Below, in pieces: positions 38,323-48,179 of a DNA stretch of 61,050 bases. This DNA is from a virus (lineage: Duplodnaviria > Caudoviricetes). A model generated the notes under the pieces. The model did not search any database. It saw only the letters and a program-made list of their open reading frames with translations, and had not been told where the DNA came from. Within the stretch, counting starts at the first letter, position 1; each line of letters opens with the position of its first letter. A program made the translations under genes and the position numbers. The stretch is taken from positions 1-61,050 of IMG/VR virus record IMGVR_UViG_3300032288_004306. The stretch is one strand, 5' to 3'.

Positions 38323-41300
38323 ATGCCTCTAGCGCGAAATACTCTTAAAATTACTCGTGCTGAGCCAGGAAGCGTCACGTTCAATTCTTCTGGCACATGG
38401 ACAATTCCATTCAAAGTCCGCAAATTTACAGTTACAGGTGTCGGTGGCGTAGGTAATCCTGGTAATCCAGGAAACGCTGGCATTGCTGGTACTGGTGGTC
38501 CAGGTGGTACTGCTGGTGTTGCTGGTAATGCAGGTAATCCTGGAGCAAAAGGTGCGACTGGCAATCCTGGTAATCCTGGCAATGCTGGCAAAGGCGGCGA
38601 AGGCGGGGCTGGTGGCACCGCAGGTTCAGCTGGTAACAAAGGTGCTACAGGTGCTTCTGGTAATCCTGGTAATCCTGGTAACAATGGCGTAGGTGGTGAA
38701 GGTGGTGCTGGTGGTAATGCAGGTTCTGCAGGTAATAAAGGTGCCACTGGCAATCCAGGAAATCCTGGCAATCCAGGAACAAACGGAAATGGTGGTGCAG
38801 GTGGTTTAGCAGGTAATGCAGGAGCTGCTGGTAATCCTGGAAATAGCGGCAATGCAGGCAATCCTGGCAATCCTGGAACTAATGGCACAGGTGGTAGTGG
38901 TGGAGCAGGTGGCGCTGCTGGAGGCGCAGGTAATAAAGGTGCCACTGGCAACCCAGGAAATCCAGGAAACCCAGGAACTAACGGTGTAGGTGGTCCTGGT
39001 GGTAATGCAGGCACTGGTGGCGCAGCAGGAAATAAAGGCGCAACAGGAAATCCTGGCAATCCTGGTAACTCAGGAAATTCTGGCAAAGGCGGTGCTGGTG
39101 GCAAAGGCGGTGCTGGTGGAGGCGCAGGTAATGCAGGAAATCCTGGAGACCCAGGAGGTCCAGGAAACTCTGGTAAGGGTGGTGCAGGCGGCAATGCTGG
39201 CGGAAATGGTGGTTCTGGTGGAAATGGTGGCACTTCTGATGGAAGCCAAAGTGATGGTGGTTTTGGTGGTCCAGGCGGCAATGGCGGTAATCCAGGTTCA
39301 GTTGGTGGTGGAAATATTGGTCCATTAGGCGGTGATGGTGGTCCTGGAGGAAATCCAAGTGGTGGTGCTGGTGGTCCAGGTGCTACTGCTGCGCAGCCAT
39401 TTGAAAACGGCGGTGGCGGTGGTGGCGGTGGCGGCGGAGCTGGTAGCGGTGGAGCTGGATCACCAGGAAATCCTGGTGATGGTGGATTGTTAGGAGCTAA
39501 TGGCGATGATGGTAATCCAGGAAATCCTGCAGGAAACGGTAATGTTGGCGCTGCAGGTAATTCTGGTGCTGATGGTGTTCCAGGAACAGATGGCAATACA
39601 GGTGCTGATGGTACTGGTGCTGGTGGTGGGAATCCAGGAAATGCAGGTGTAGCAGGAAATTTAGGTACGAACGGTAATCCTGGAAACAATGGCAATCCAG
39701 GTGCAAATGGCACAGGAGCCACATCAGGTGGTGCAGGTGCTGGTGGAAATCCTGGAAACGCTGGTGCAGCAGGAAATCCAGGAAATATTGGTAGTCCTGG
39801 TAATGCAGGTTTTGGTGCAACATCTGGCGGCAGTGGTGGTGAAGGTCAGCCTGGAAATGCTGGTACTGCGGGAAATGCTGGAAGCAATGGGAATCCTGGC
39901 GCTAATGGCACAGGAGCCACATCAGGTAATCCTGGATCAGCAGGTTCAGCTGGCACAGATGGTGTAGCAGGGAATGCTGGCAACAAAGGTGCCACTGGCG
40001 CCAATGGTACTGGCGCAACATCAGGTAATGCTGGATCTCCAGGTGTAGCAGGAAATCTTGGCGCTGCAGGTAATGCTGGCAACAAAGGTGCTACTGGTGC
40101 TGATGGTACTGGTGCAAATCCTGGTACTTCTGGTAATCCTGGAACTGCAGGAAATCCTGGTGTAGCAGGTAATTTTGGAAGTGCTGGTACAACTGGCAAC
40201 CCTTCTTCAATTGCGCAATCAACATTCTCAAGTTTCACTACATCCAATTTTGCAGGTGGTGCTGCTGGTCCTGCGGGAACTGGCGGTAATGCTGGCAATA
40301 AAGGCGCAACAGGTAATGCTGGTAACCCAGGAAATCCTGGCAATTCAGGCAAAGGTGGCGAGGGCGGCGCAGCAGGCACTGGCGGAAATGCTGGCAACAA
40401 GGGTGCAACTGGTGCAACAGGAAATTCAGGAAATCCAGGAAATAATGGAGTTGGTGGTGAAGGTGGTGCAGCTGGAACTGCTGGATTAGCAGGTAATAAA
40501 GGTGCAACTGGCGGCAGTGGTAATCCTGGCAACCCTGGCAATAATGGAGTTGGTGGTGCTGGAGGTAACGCAGGTACTGGTGGTGCTGCTGGTAATCCTG
40601 GCAATAAAGGTGGCACTGGCAACCCTGGCAATCCTGGATTCAATGGTAACGGTGGTGCAGCAGGTGCTGCGGGTAATGGTGGCAACGCAGGTAATCCTGG
40701 CAATAAAGGTGGCACAGGCAATTCAGGTAATCCAGGAAACAATGGTGCTGGTGGTCCAGGTGGTAATGCTGGCGGTGCTGGTCTAGCAGGAAACAAAGGT
40801 GCCACTGGTAATCCTGGAAATCCTGGTAATGCAGGAAATTCTGGCAAAGGTGGTCCTGGCGGTAAAGGTGGATCTAAAGGATTTGCAGGAAATGCAGGTG
40901 CCACTGGAAATTCAGGCGCTCCAGGTAATGCTGGTAATGCTGGTAAAGGTGGCACACGCGGAAATGCTGGAACTGCAGGAAATCCTGGAAGCCCAGGAAA
41001 TGCTGGCGTCCCAGGTGGCGGCGGTGGCGGCGGTGGTGGAGGTGGTGCATTTACCATGGAAACTGCTGCAGGAGCCTCTGCAGGATCTCCAGGTAATGCT
41101 GGAGGCGGTGCAACCAACGGTAATGGTGGTGGCGCAGGATCTCCTTTTGCCTTTGGTGGTGATGGTAATGCTGGCTCACCAGGATCTGCAGGTAATCCAG
41201 GAGCAGATGGAACTGGCGCCAATTCAGGAAATCCAGGAAATCCAGGAAATGTTGGTGCCGCAGGTAATCCTGGTGCTGATGGCAATCCTGGTGCTGATGG

Positions 41301-42060
41301 TACAGGTGCAACTTCTGGTGGTGCTGGTGGTTCAGGTGAACCAGGAAATTTTGGTGCTGCTGGTAATCCAGGCACTAACGGCAATCCTGGTCCTGATGGT
41401 ATTGGCGCAACAAACGGTAATGCAGGAAACGCAGGTGGTGAAGGTGGGCTTGGTTTAGGTGGCGATGTTGGCAATCCAGGACCAAATGGCAATGATGGCT
41501 TTGGTGCTGGAAATGGAAATGCTGGCGGAAATGGTGGAGCTGGAAATGCAGGTGGCGGTGGCGATGTAGGTGTTGCTGGTCCTGCAGGTAATGGTGGTTC
41601 TGGTGCAACATCAGGCAATCCTGGAAATGGTGGTGCTGCTGGAAATGATGGTGCAAATGGCACTGCTGGTAATAAAGGCGCAACTGGTGCAAATGGTACT
41701 GGCGCAACATCAGGCAATTCAGGTAGTGCAGGTTCTGCTGGAACAGATGGCGCGAATGGAACCAATGGTAATAAGGGTGCTACAGGTGCAGACGGAACAG
41801 GTGCTGGTTCTGGCAATGCTGGCTCAGAAGGCACACCAGGAAATGCTGGTGCTGCAGGAAATAATGGTACAGCAGGAACAACAGGTGCTAACGGAAATCC
41901 TGGCAACCCAGGAAATCCAGGTGGATCTGGATCATCAGGAACACCAAGCGTTTCAAACATCACTGCACTTAAAACAAGATCAGTGGGTGCACTATCAGCC
42001 ATCACCGTTGGTGGTGGATCTGGATCAGGTCAGATCGTCATATCGTGGTCAGGACAGTAA
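38323..42060 (+). CDS. Giant glycine-rich G-X-Y repeat (collagen/polyglycine II-like) fibre or adhesin
   Basis: About 1,150 aa of G-X-Y (GNPGNPGNAGNKGATG) framed by TFNSSGTWTIP..V....GVGG and GSGQIVISW, the termini of phage Gly-rich domains. Confidence 0.8.
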   Translation: MPLARNTLKITRAEPGSVTFNSSGTWTIPFKVRKFTVTGVGGVGNPGNPGNAGIAGTGGPGGTAGVAGNAGNPGAKGATGNPGNPGNAGKGGEGGAGGTAGSAGNKGATGASGNPGNPGNNGVGGEGGAGGNAGSAGNKGATGNPGNPGNPGTNGNGGAGGLAGNAGAAGNPGNSGNAGNPGNPGTNGTGGSGGAGGAAGGAGNKGATGNPGNPGNPGTNGVGGPGGNAGTGGAAGNKGATGNPGNPGNSGNSGKGGAGGKGGAGGGAGNAGNPGDPGGPGNSGKGGAGGNAGGNGGSGGNGGTSDGSQSDGGFGGPGGNGGNPGSVGGGNIGPLGGDGGPGGNPSGGAGGPGATAAQPFENGGGGGGGGGGAGSGGAGSPGNPGDGGLLGANGDDGNPGNPAGNGNVGAAGNSGADGVPGTDGNTGADGTGAGGGNPGNAGVAGNLGTNGNPGNNGNPGANGTGATSGGAGAGGNPGNAGAAGNPGNIGSPGNAGFGATSGGSGGEGQPGNAGTAGNAGSNGNPGANGTGATSGNPGSAGSAGTDGVAGNAGNKGATGANGTGATSGNAGSPGVAGNLGAAGNAGNKGATGADGTGANPGTSGNPGTAGNPGVAGNFGSAGTTGNPSSIAQSTFSSFTTSNFAGGAAGPAGTGGNAGNKGATGNAGNPGNPGNSGKGGEGGAAGTGGNAGNKGATGATGNSGNPGNNGVGGEGGAAGTAGLAGNKGATGGSGNPGNPGNNGVGGAGGNAGTGGAAGNPGNKGGTGNPGNPGFNGNGGAAGAAGNGGNAGNPGNKGGTGNSGNPGNNGAGGPGGNAGGAGLAGNKGATGNPGNPGNAGNSGKGGPGGKGGSKGFAGNAGATGNSGAPGNAGNAGKGGTRGNAGTAGNPGSPGNAGVPGGGGGGGGGGGAFTMETAAGASAGSPGNAGGGATNGNGGGAGSPFAFGGDGNAGSPGSAGNPGADGTGANSGNPGNPGNVGAAGNPGADGNPGADGTGATSGGAGGSGEPGNFGAAGNPGTNGNPGPDGIGATNGNAGNAGGEGGLGLGGDVGNPGPNGNDGFGAGNGNAGGNGGAGNAGGGGDVGVAGPAGNGGSGATSGNPGNGGAAGNDGANGTAGNKGATGANGTGATSGNSGSAGSAGTDGANGTNGNKGATGADGTGAGSGNAGSEGTPGNAGAAGNNGTAGTTGANGNPGNPGNPGGSGSSGTPSVSNITALKTRSVGALSAITVGGGSGSGQIVISWSGQ

Positions 42061-42098
42061 CATATATAACTGATACAATATGATTTTTTGGAGTCATC

Positions 42099-42827
42099 AT
42101 GTTTTTTGATAAGTTAAAGTCTGTCATCAAAACACCAACAATTGAATTTTTATGTTACAAAGAAGATTATGGTGTTCTTCCTGAACCATATCCTGCGCGC
42201 AAATTAATGCCAGATTGGTTCAAGGCACTTCCGCCAAAGATCAATAAAGAAAACAAATTTAAAAATAGCACAATCAAACGTTGTGCACCGTTTCTAGATG
42301 CCATGAATGTGGGTTGGATTCTTCCACTTGCAGCTGACGTTGAGTTTACAACAAATGGTGATGTGAGTGGTGTAAATTACAAGTGGCAGTTTTATCGCAC
42401 CATGATTGAGAATCATGGCAGATCGCAAATTTCTACCGAAGAAGTTCCAAATCCTAATGATCCAAAACCACCAATGAAGTTTTTGAATTATTGGGCAATT
42501 AAAGTTCCAAAAGGTTACTCAGTTCTATTTGTTCCACCATTGAATCGCCCAGACCCAAGGTTCACTTGTATCTCTGGTCTTGTGGATTGTGATGGTTACT
42601 TTGAGTTTATTAATTTCCCATTCTTCTTTCATGAGCCAAATTTTGTCGGAATTATTCCTGCAGGAACACCTCTCGTTCAAGTGATTCCGTTTAAGCGCGA
42701 TGCATTGTTCCGAGACTTCGAAGCAAGAGCAATGACAGAAGAAGAACATAATGAGTTAGAGTTCACTCGTCGTCAAAGAAGCATTCATGAAAGTCATTAT
42801 CGAGATTATGTATGGAGTAGAAAATAA
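42099..42827 (+). CDS. DUF6065-like protein (paralogue 1)
   Basis: P.PA....PDWFK, TIKRC.PFLDAM..G, KF.N.W.I..P.GYS.LF, G.VD.D, GTPLVQVIPFKR. Confidence 0.7.
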   Translation: MFFDKLKSVIKTPTIEFLCYKEDYGVLPEPYPARKLMPDWFKALPPKINKENKFKNSTIKRCAPFLDAMNVGWILPLAADVEFTTNGDVSGVNYKWQFYRTMIENHGRSQISTEEVPNPNDPKPPMKFLNYWAIKVPKGYSVLFVPPLNRPDPRFTCISGLVDCDGYFEFINFPFFFHEPNFVGIIPAGTPLVQVIPFKRDALFRDFEARAMTEEEHNELEFTRRQRSIHESHYRDYVWSRK

Positions 42828-43417
42828 TGTCAGTATATCAATTTGCGCCAAGTCCAGATAAATCCACAAATGAATCATTACATGCATGGTGGAACGATGG
42901 CTTTACTTCTCGTGAAATAAAGGATATAATCAATGTTGGTGATGATTATGTACAAAGTGATGGAACAATTGGTTCAGGTGAAACTAACGAAGATATTCGC
43001 AAATCTAAAGTTGCTTGGATCAATAACAACACAAGAACAAATTGGTTGTATGATCGTATGGCGTTTATTACAAGAAATCTAAACGGACAATTTTTCGATT
43101 TCGATTTGTATGGGTTTGTTGAAGATTTCCAATACACAGTTTATGGTGAGGGAAATGATCATTATACTTGGCATATGGATAAGGGAAGAAACTCAACCTC
43201 GCCAAGAAAACTGTCATTAGTTTTGCAATTATCCGACCCTTCTGAGTATGATGGTGGCGATCTAGAAATATTCACTGGAGCAACGCCCACAGTCTTGGAA
43301 AAGAAAAAGGGAATTATTCATGCCTTTCCAAGTTTTGTGATGCATCGCGTAACTCCAGTGACTCGTGGCGTGAGAAAGACTTTAGTTGTTTGGGTTTCTG
43401 GACCGAAGTTTAGATAA
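42827..43417 (+). CDS. PKHD/prolyl-4-hydroxylase-like 2OG-Fe(II) oxygenase
   Basis: FQYTVY, Y.WHMD, RKLS..LQLS.P.EY.GG, FPS...HRVTPVT.G.RKTLV.W. Confidence 0.9.
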   Translation: MSVYQFAPSPDKSTNESLHAWWNDGFTSREIKDIINVGDDYVQSDGTIGSGETNEDIRKSKVAWINNNTRTNWLYDRMAFITRNLNGQFFDFDLYGFVEDFQYTVYGEGNDHYTWHMDKGRNSTSPRKLSLVLQLSDPSEYDGGDLEIFTGATPTVLEKKKGIIHAFPSFVMHRVTPVTRGVRKTLVVWVSGPKFR

Positions 43418-43418
43418 A

Positions 43419-43426
43419 TATAAATA
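43419..43426 (+). promoter_or_regulatory. T4-type late promoter
   Basis: TATAAATA in the intergenic gap before ORF 43453. Confidence 0.75.
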
Positions 43427-43452
43427 CTGATACGCCCAATTAAGAGATTGCC

Positions 43453-44292
43453 ATGTCAACAACTAGAGATTATACAAAAACCTGGATTCCTGGACCATCT
43501 CGCGTCAATCAAACGTTTAATGCTCCAGGAAGTATCACGATTCCATATGGAAGATATCAGGCAACTGTAACAGGTAAGGGTGCTCCTGGAAACTCCCCAC
43601 AAGCAACTGCATGGGCAACAAACTACAACGTAGTGTATCCAGTTGGTAATCGCCCGATTGCAAATCAACCTGCAACTGGGTGGACAACAAACTATAACGT
43701 TGCATACCCAGTCAACTATCCATTCGCGGCAAGTCACGAAGCATATCAACCTCCAAATTATTGGGCTGTCGGATATCATAAAGGATACACTTATTGGTCT
43801 AGACCTGCATATGGTCAAACTGAGAATTTCAATCCGCAAGGTCCAAGTATATTCGGTTCCAGTCAATGTGGATTTTCTCCGCAACATCAAAGTGGACCAT
43901 CGCATCTTTCAAGCCACACTGTTCAACATCGAGAATACACTATCAATCAGTGCCAAACGTATCCTGGATACCCATACACAGTTATCAACTACAACGTTGC
44001 ATATAACACTGTATACCCAATCGCAACTCAGCCCGCAACTGCTTGGGTGACAAATTATAATACAAATTATAATGTTGTATATCCAATTGCAAATCAACCT
44101 GTGACTGCATATGTTTTAGGTAATGTTGGTGCTGCAGCAAGTGCATTGGGTGTTACTGCTCCTGGTGGTCCTGTATCTCAAGCAGCAAGTCCAATATCCC
44201 CTACTGCAGTCTCTTATTATTCATATCCAGATAACGCAACATATCCTGTTACTGTCCCATCAGGTGGTCAAATCAATATTACTATAACATAA
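43453..44292 (+). CDS. Tyr/Asn/Pro-rich putative fibre-tip or adhesin protein
   Basis: Same framework as the 38323 protein (TFNAPGSITIP...TVTGKG / VTVPSGGQINI); internal repeats NYNVVYPIANQPATAW; own late promoter. Confidence 0.55.
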   Translation: MSTTRDYTKTWIPGPSRVNQTFNAPGSITIPYGRYQATVTGKGAPGNSPQATAWATNYNVVYPVGNRPIANQPATGWTTNYNVAYPVNYPFAASHEAYQPPNYWAVGYHKGYTYWSRPAYGQTENFNPQGPSIFGSSQCGFSPQHQSGPSHLSSHTVQHREYTINQCQTYPGYPYTVINYNVAYNTVYPIATQPATAWVTNYNTNYNVVYPIANQPVTAYVLGNVGAAASALGVTAPGGPVSQAASPISPTAVSYYSYPDNATYPVTVPSGGQINITIT

Positions 44293-44329
44293 TTATTGCT
44301 TTTTTATTATTTTATAATTTACATGTAAG

Positions 44330-44941
44330 GTGAGAATGATGTATCCTATACCAAAATTTAGTAAACAATTAAACCATTTTTGTCATGTTACAGATGTCTT
44401 CTCAAAAGAAGAAGTGAAGAAAATACTAGATCTAGAAGATTTAACTAAATTCTTAAAAGGTAACGTTGGAGATGGTGATCGTGGCCAGTTAAATATTACG
44501 GCTAGAGACAGTGATATCATGTGGCTGCAGCCAACTGATGGTCAAAACGGTGAAGCGTTGTGGCTTTTTGACAAATTTGCGCATCTAACTGGGCAAGTAA
44601 ACCAAGATCATTTTCTTTTTGACATCGATCATCTCCAAGCATTTCAATACACCGTCTATAGAGAAAGTCAACATTATACATGGCATGTTGACATTTCAAA
44701 CATATGGATGAAATACGAAAGAAAAATTAGCGCATCTATTATTCTCACAGACCCTGATGAATATGAGGGTGGAGAATTTGAAGCAATTGTTGGCGGTAAT
44801 GTTGAAAATCCAACAGTCATAAAACCAAATAAAGGGGATGTTATCTTTTTTGCCTCTTGGATTCCTCACAGAGTAAGACCTGTCACGAGTGGCGTAAGAA
44901 AATCATTAGTTGCTTGGGTTATGGGTAAGAGGACTTGGTGA
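44330..44941 (+). CDS. PKHD/prolyl-4-hydroxylase-like 2OG-Fe(II) oxygenase
   Basis: FQYTVY, YTWHVD, RKIS, EYEGGEF, HRVRPVTSGVRKSLVAW. Confidence 0.9.
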   Translation: MRMMYPIPKFSKQLNHFCHVTDVFSKEEVKKILDLEDLTKFLKGNVGDGDRGQLNITARDSDIMWLQPTDGQNGEALWLFDKFAHLTGQVNQDHFLFDIDHLQAFQYTVYRESQHYTWHVDISNIWMKYERKISASIILTDPDEYEGGEFEAIVGGNVENPTVIKPNKGDVIFFASWIPHRVRPVTSGVRKSLVAWVMGKRTW

Positions 44942-45681
44942 TGTTTGAACTATTTACATCATGGAAACAAAAAAAGGAAATCATGACCTTTTATTGTCAC
45001 CCAGAATTAGAAGATGTCATCCCAAAACCAGAACCAGCATTATCTAATCTTCCAAAGTGGTTTAAAGATCTAGATCCTTCATTTGAGGGTTTTGATAAAT
45101 TTGGTCATGAAAATATGACCGCTAAAAAATGTCTACCACTTATTGACGGTATGTCGTTAGGCTACGTCATCAAATTAGCAGGAGATGTTCGAATTCGAAG
45201 CAATAAAGATTGCACTCAAATTGATCATCTAGAACAACCACAACTTAAACTAATTGAATACCACACTGAAAAGCAAGTTGGTGGTAATCATGCATTAAGA
45301 AAAAAACAAGGACCAATCATTAAGTTTGTGAATCATTGGATAATTAAAACTGCGCCAGGATGGTCAACTTTATTTGAACCATTACCAAACGTGTTTGATA
45401 GTCCATTTACTTGTTTTTCTGGTTTAGTTGACACTGATCAATATCCAAAACTTGTAAATTTTCCAGCAGTTTGGAATTTACCAGATGCAAATTTTTTATT
45501 AAAAGCAGGAACTCCATTAGTTAGAGTAATCCCGATTGAAAGAAGTTCAATTACAAAAATGAAGAAAAACACAGTTATTCGTAAAATGAGTGAAAAAGAA
45601 TTTTTGACAATTTCTAAAATAGAAAAGATTCAACAGTTAAGAAATAATTATTATACTCATGATTTGAGGGTGAAAAAATGA
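44941..45681 (+). CDS. DUF6065-like protein (paralogue 2)
   Basis: P.PA...LPKWFK, TAKKCLP..D.M..GY, KFVNHW.IKT.PGWSTLF, GLVDTD, GTPLV.VIP; start may be 44935-44941. Confidence 0.7.
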   Translation: MFELFTSWKQKKEIMTFYCHPELEDVIPKPEPALSNLPKWFKDLDPSFEGFDKFGHENMTAKKCLPLIDGMSLGYVIKLAGDVRIRSNKDCTQIDHLEQPQLKLIEYHTEKQVGGNHALRKKQGPIIKFVNHWIIKTAPGWSTLFEPLPNVFDSPFTCFSGLVDTDQYPKLVNFPAVWNLPDANFLLKAGTPLVRVIPIERSSITKMKKNTVIRKMSEKEFLTISKIEKIQQLRNNYYTHDLRVKK

Positions 45682-46454
45682 TTTTTGATTTTATGAAAAA
45701 AAGTGATATTGATTTTATCGATGCAGATAATAGTACTGCACATATTCCAGAACTTGCAATAAAGCGTGCAAGAGATGTTGAACCATTTTTTAAACAATCG
45801 CAAAAAGATAAATTTGGGGAGTATAAATTTGCTGCTTGTCCAGGTATGTTAGATTTTGCTAGAATTGGTTATATAATTCCAGCATGGGGTCCTTTAAAGA
45901 TAAAGGGAAATTCTGCAGGCACAGTAACTTTAAATACTCCACCTCTAGAGATTAGACAAAACAATCCAAATATATCGTTTATGCCTGCGTTGAGGTTTGA
46001 TGAGGACGTCATCGATGGATTATTCACAACACAAGATAATGTTAAATTATCTGTTTACAATTTTCCATCTCCATGGAGAATTCGGTGTAGAAAGGGTTTA
46101 TCAGTAATTGTAATGCCCGCATTTTACCATTTCAAACATGTAAACTCTATACAACTTATTCCAGGCATTGTTGATTATTCTGCTGGATTTCAAACAGTTA
46201 ATTTTATTGCTGCAGTAACTAAAGAAACAGAGATTCATATTGAACCTGGTGAACCATTAATTCACATAATTCCAATTCCAACTGATGCAATTATTGCTAC
46301 TTATGGTAAAGAACACGATTATAAAACCAAAAGTATCGATAACACAACTAATCCATTTAAGAGTTATAAACAATGGTATTCAAAGTATGTCAAATTAAAT
46401 AAAAAATTTAAACTTGTTAATAGAAATAAAGAAAAGTATGAGACCTTCAATTGA
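45678..46454 (+). CDS. DUF6065-like protein (paralogue 3, divergent)
   Basis: CPGM.D....GYIIPAW, PW.I....G.S, PGIVDY, GEPL.HIIP. Confidence 0.6.
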   Translation: MIFDFMKKSDIDFIDADNSTAHIPELAIKRARDVEPFFKQSQKDKFGEYKFAACPGMLDFARIGYIIPAWGPLKIKGNSAGTVTLNTPPLEIRQNNPNISFMPALRFDEDVIDGLFTTQDNVKLSVYNFPSPWRIRCRKGLSVIVMPAFYHFKHVNSIQLIPGIVDYSAGFQTVNFIAAVTKETEIHIEPGEPLIHIIPIPTDAIIATYGKEHDYKTKSIDNTTNPFKSYKQWYSKYVKLNKKFKLVNRNKEKYETFN

Positions 46455-47413
46455 TGAGAAAAATATTCGTTAATATTGCATCTTATAGAGATTGTTATCT
46501 TCCAGCAACGATTAAAAGTTTAATCAATAATGAATCTGGTAGAAATCAAATTACATATGGAATATTCGATCAATCACATTTAGAAAGTAGTTTATTTGCA
46601 ACAGCAAAAGATCTAATAAATTTACCAAATGTTAGATATAAAAGAATAGATCCAGAATATTCTGACGGAGTCGTTTGGGCTCGAGCCATTAATGCAATGC
46701 AAATTAATGAAGAAGAATTCATGTATCAAGTGGATTCGCATATGCTTTTCGATAAAGATTGGGACAATTATTTAATTTGGGATTATGAGCAAGCAAAGAA
46801 AATTGCAAACACAGAAAAAATAATATTATCGACTGGAACAAAAAATTTTGAAGCAGTTGATAATAAAATAACAAAGCATACATTGTCTGATGACATAACT
46901 GTTAAATTTGGATACTTTCAATTTAGAAAAAATCTTCAACTTAGAGTGCATGGTCCATGGATCCCTGCCACCTCTGTGGTGCAACCTTCAATCCATGCAA
47001 TTGCTGGAAATTTTTTCACCACTTCAAAATGGGTAAAAGATGTCGGATATAACACAAATATGTACTTCGACGCTGAAGAGCAAGTGCTTGCACTTTCCTC
47101 TATTATTGCTGGGTACAAGATATATGCTCAGAGAAAGATAAAGTGTTACCATTTGATTGGTTCTAATAAACACATCAGTCGGCAAGAAGTTGAACCAGTC
47201 ATCCATCCAAGCATAATTCAGAGAAATAAAAATCGAGAAGAGAGAGAACTAATCGACTACATCTACTCTTTACCAGAAGAAAAACTAGAAGAATATAGAA
47301 AACTCACTGGAGTTGATTATATAAATAGAAAATTAGAGGATAGAGCTATCTCGCGATCAATACCGCACGATTCAGATTTAGTCAACGATTGGGAAATTCC
47401 AAATAGAGAGTAA
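46454..47413 (+). CDS. GT60 / Skp1-hydroxyproline GlcNAc-transferase (Gnt1)-like glycosyltransferase
   Basis: IFVNIASYRD, G..WAR, YQVDSHM.F.KDWD (DSH metal motif), AGNFF, F..EE. Confidence 0.8.
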   Translation: MRKIFVNIASYRDCYLPATIKSLINNESGRNQITYGIFDQSHLESSLFATAKDLINLPNVRYKRIDPEYSDGVVWARAINAMQINEEEFMYQVDSHMLFDKDWDNYLIWDYEQAKKIANTEKIILSTGTKNFEAVDNKITKHTLSDDITVKFGYFQFRKNLQLRVHGPWIPATSVVQPSIHAIAGNFFTTSKWVKDVGYNTNMYFDAEEQVLALSSIIAGYKIYAQRKIKCYHLIGSNKHISRQEVEPVIHPSIIQRNKNREERELIDYIYSLPEEKLEEYRKLTGVDYINRKLEDRAISRSIPHDSDLVNDWEIPNRE

Positions 47414-47414
47414 A

Positions 47415-48143
47415 ATGACGCTTCAAAAGTCTAACGTAGTCACAAACATAGAACTGGTGGTAAGAGATTCTTCTCAGATCGAAGAAAGGCACGTTCTTGC
47501 GGCGGCAGAAGTTGGTGTGGGATCCGCAAATCAAAGTCCAGCAGAAGTTTTAAATGTTCGAGAAGTGTGTAATTTTAAAAAAACTTCTGAAGGATACACG
47601 GTAGATGGTAAAGAGTATGTTTATCTATCTCCACATGAAGGAATAGTTGAAAATTCTGATACAAATTTATTCGTATCAATAAGAAAAAATCATGAAATTA
47701 AAAATAACACTTCTCCTCAAACTCAATTAACATCAAACGCTCTATATCTACTAACTCAAGGATCAATGGAAATCTCTTATGAGAGTGGAGAAAGGGAAAC
47801 ACTCTCAGCTTTTGTCGGGGAAAATTGGAGTTCAGAGTACCCTAATTATAGATACTCAGTAAATTGTATAGTTGAGTTACATAAGAATTCTTCTTTGTTC
47901 GTAGTCGACTTATTAAACCCTGTATCGAATTATGATATTGAGCATATTCAATTTAACGGTGTGATTGAGAAATCTTTAGATTCGAATGTGATTGTTATTG
48001 CTAAATGCATTAATACGAGTCCAACTAATAATCTTGTTTATGTGAATGACGAGCTTTGCAGAAGTTACTTGATTTGCAACGGAAATATCTCGTTAAATTC
48101 ATCTGGCAATGCAATCAGCGTTCTTATAAAGAATAAACAATAA
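47415..48143 (+). CDS. Hypothetical protein
   Basis: 242-aa ORF in operon orientation; no recognised motif. Confidence 0.55.
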   Translation: MTLQKSNVVTNIELVVRDSSQIEERHVLAAAEVGVGSANQSPAEVLNVREVCNFKKTSEGYTVDGKEYVYLSPHEGIVENSDTNLFVSIRKNHEIKNNTSPQTQLTSNALYLLTQGSMEISYESGERETLSAFVGENWSSEYPNYRYSVNCIVELHKNSSLFVVDLLNPVSNYDIEHIQFNGVIEKSLDSNVIVIAKCINTSPTNNLVYVNDELCRSYLICNGNISLNSSGNAISVLIKNKQ

Positions 48144-48147
48144 AATT

Positions 48148-48155
48148 TATAAATA
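48148..48155 (+). promoter_or_regulatory. T4-type late promoter
   Basis: TATAAATA about 25 nt upstream of ORF 48180. Confidence 0.75.
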
Positions 48156-48179
48156 CACCTATAATAATAGGGAATTCGA

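Noticed and set aside
38280-42005. Long Pro-rich antisense ORFs (480 and 719 aa) and off-frame Val/Leu-rich ORFs
   Set aside because: Shadow frames of the GGN-rich repeat gene; no RBS or independent motifs
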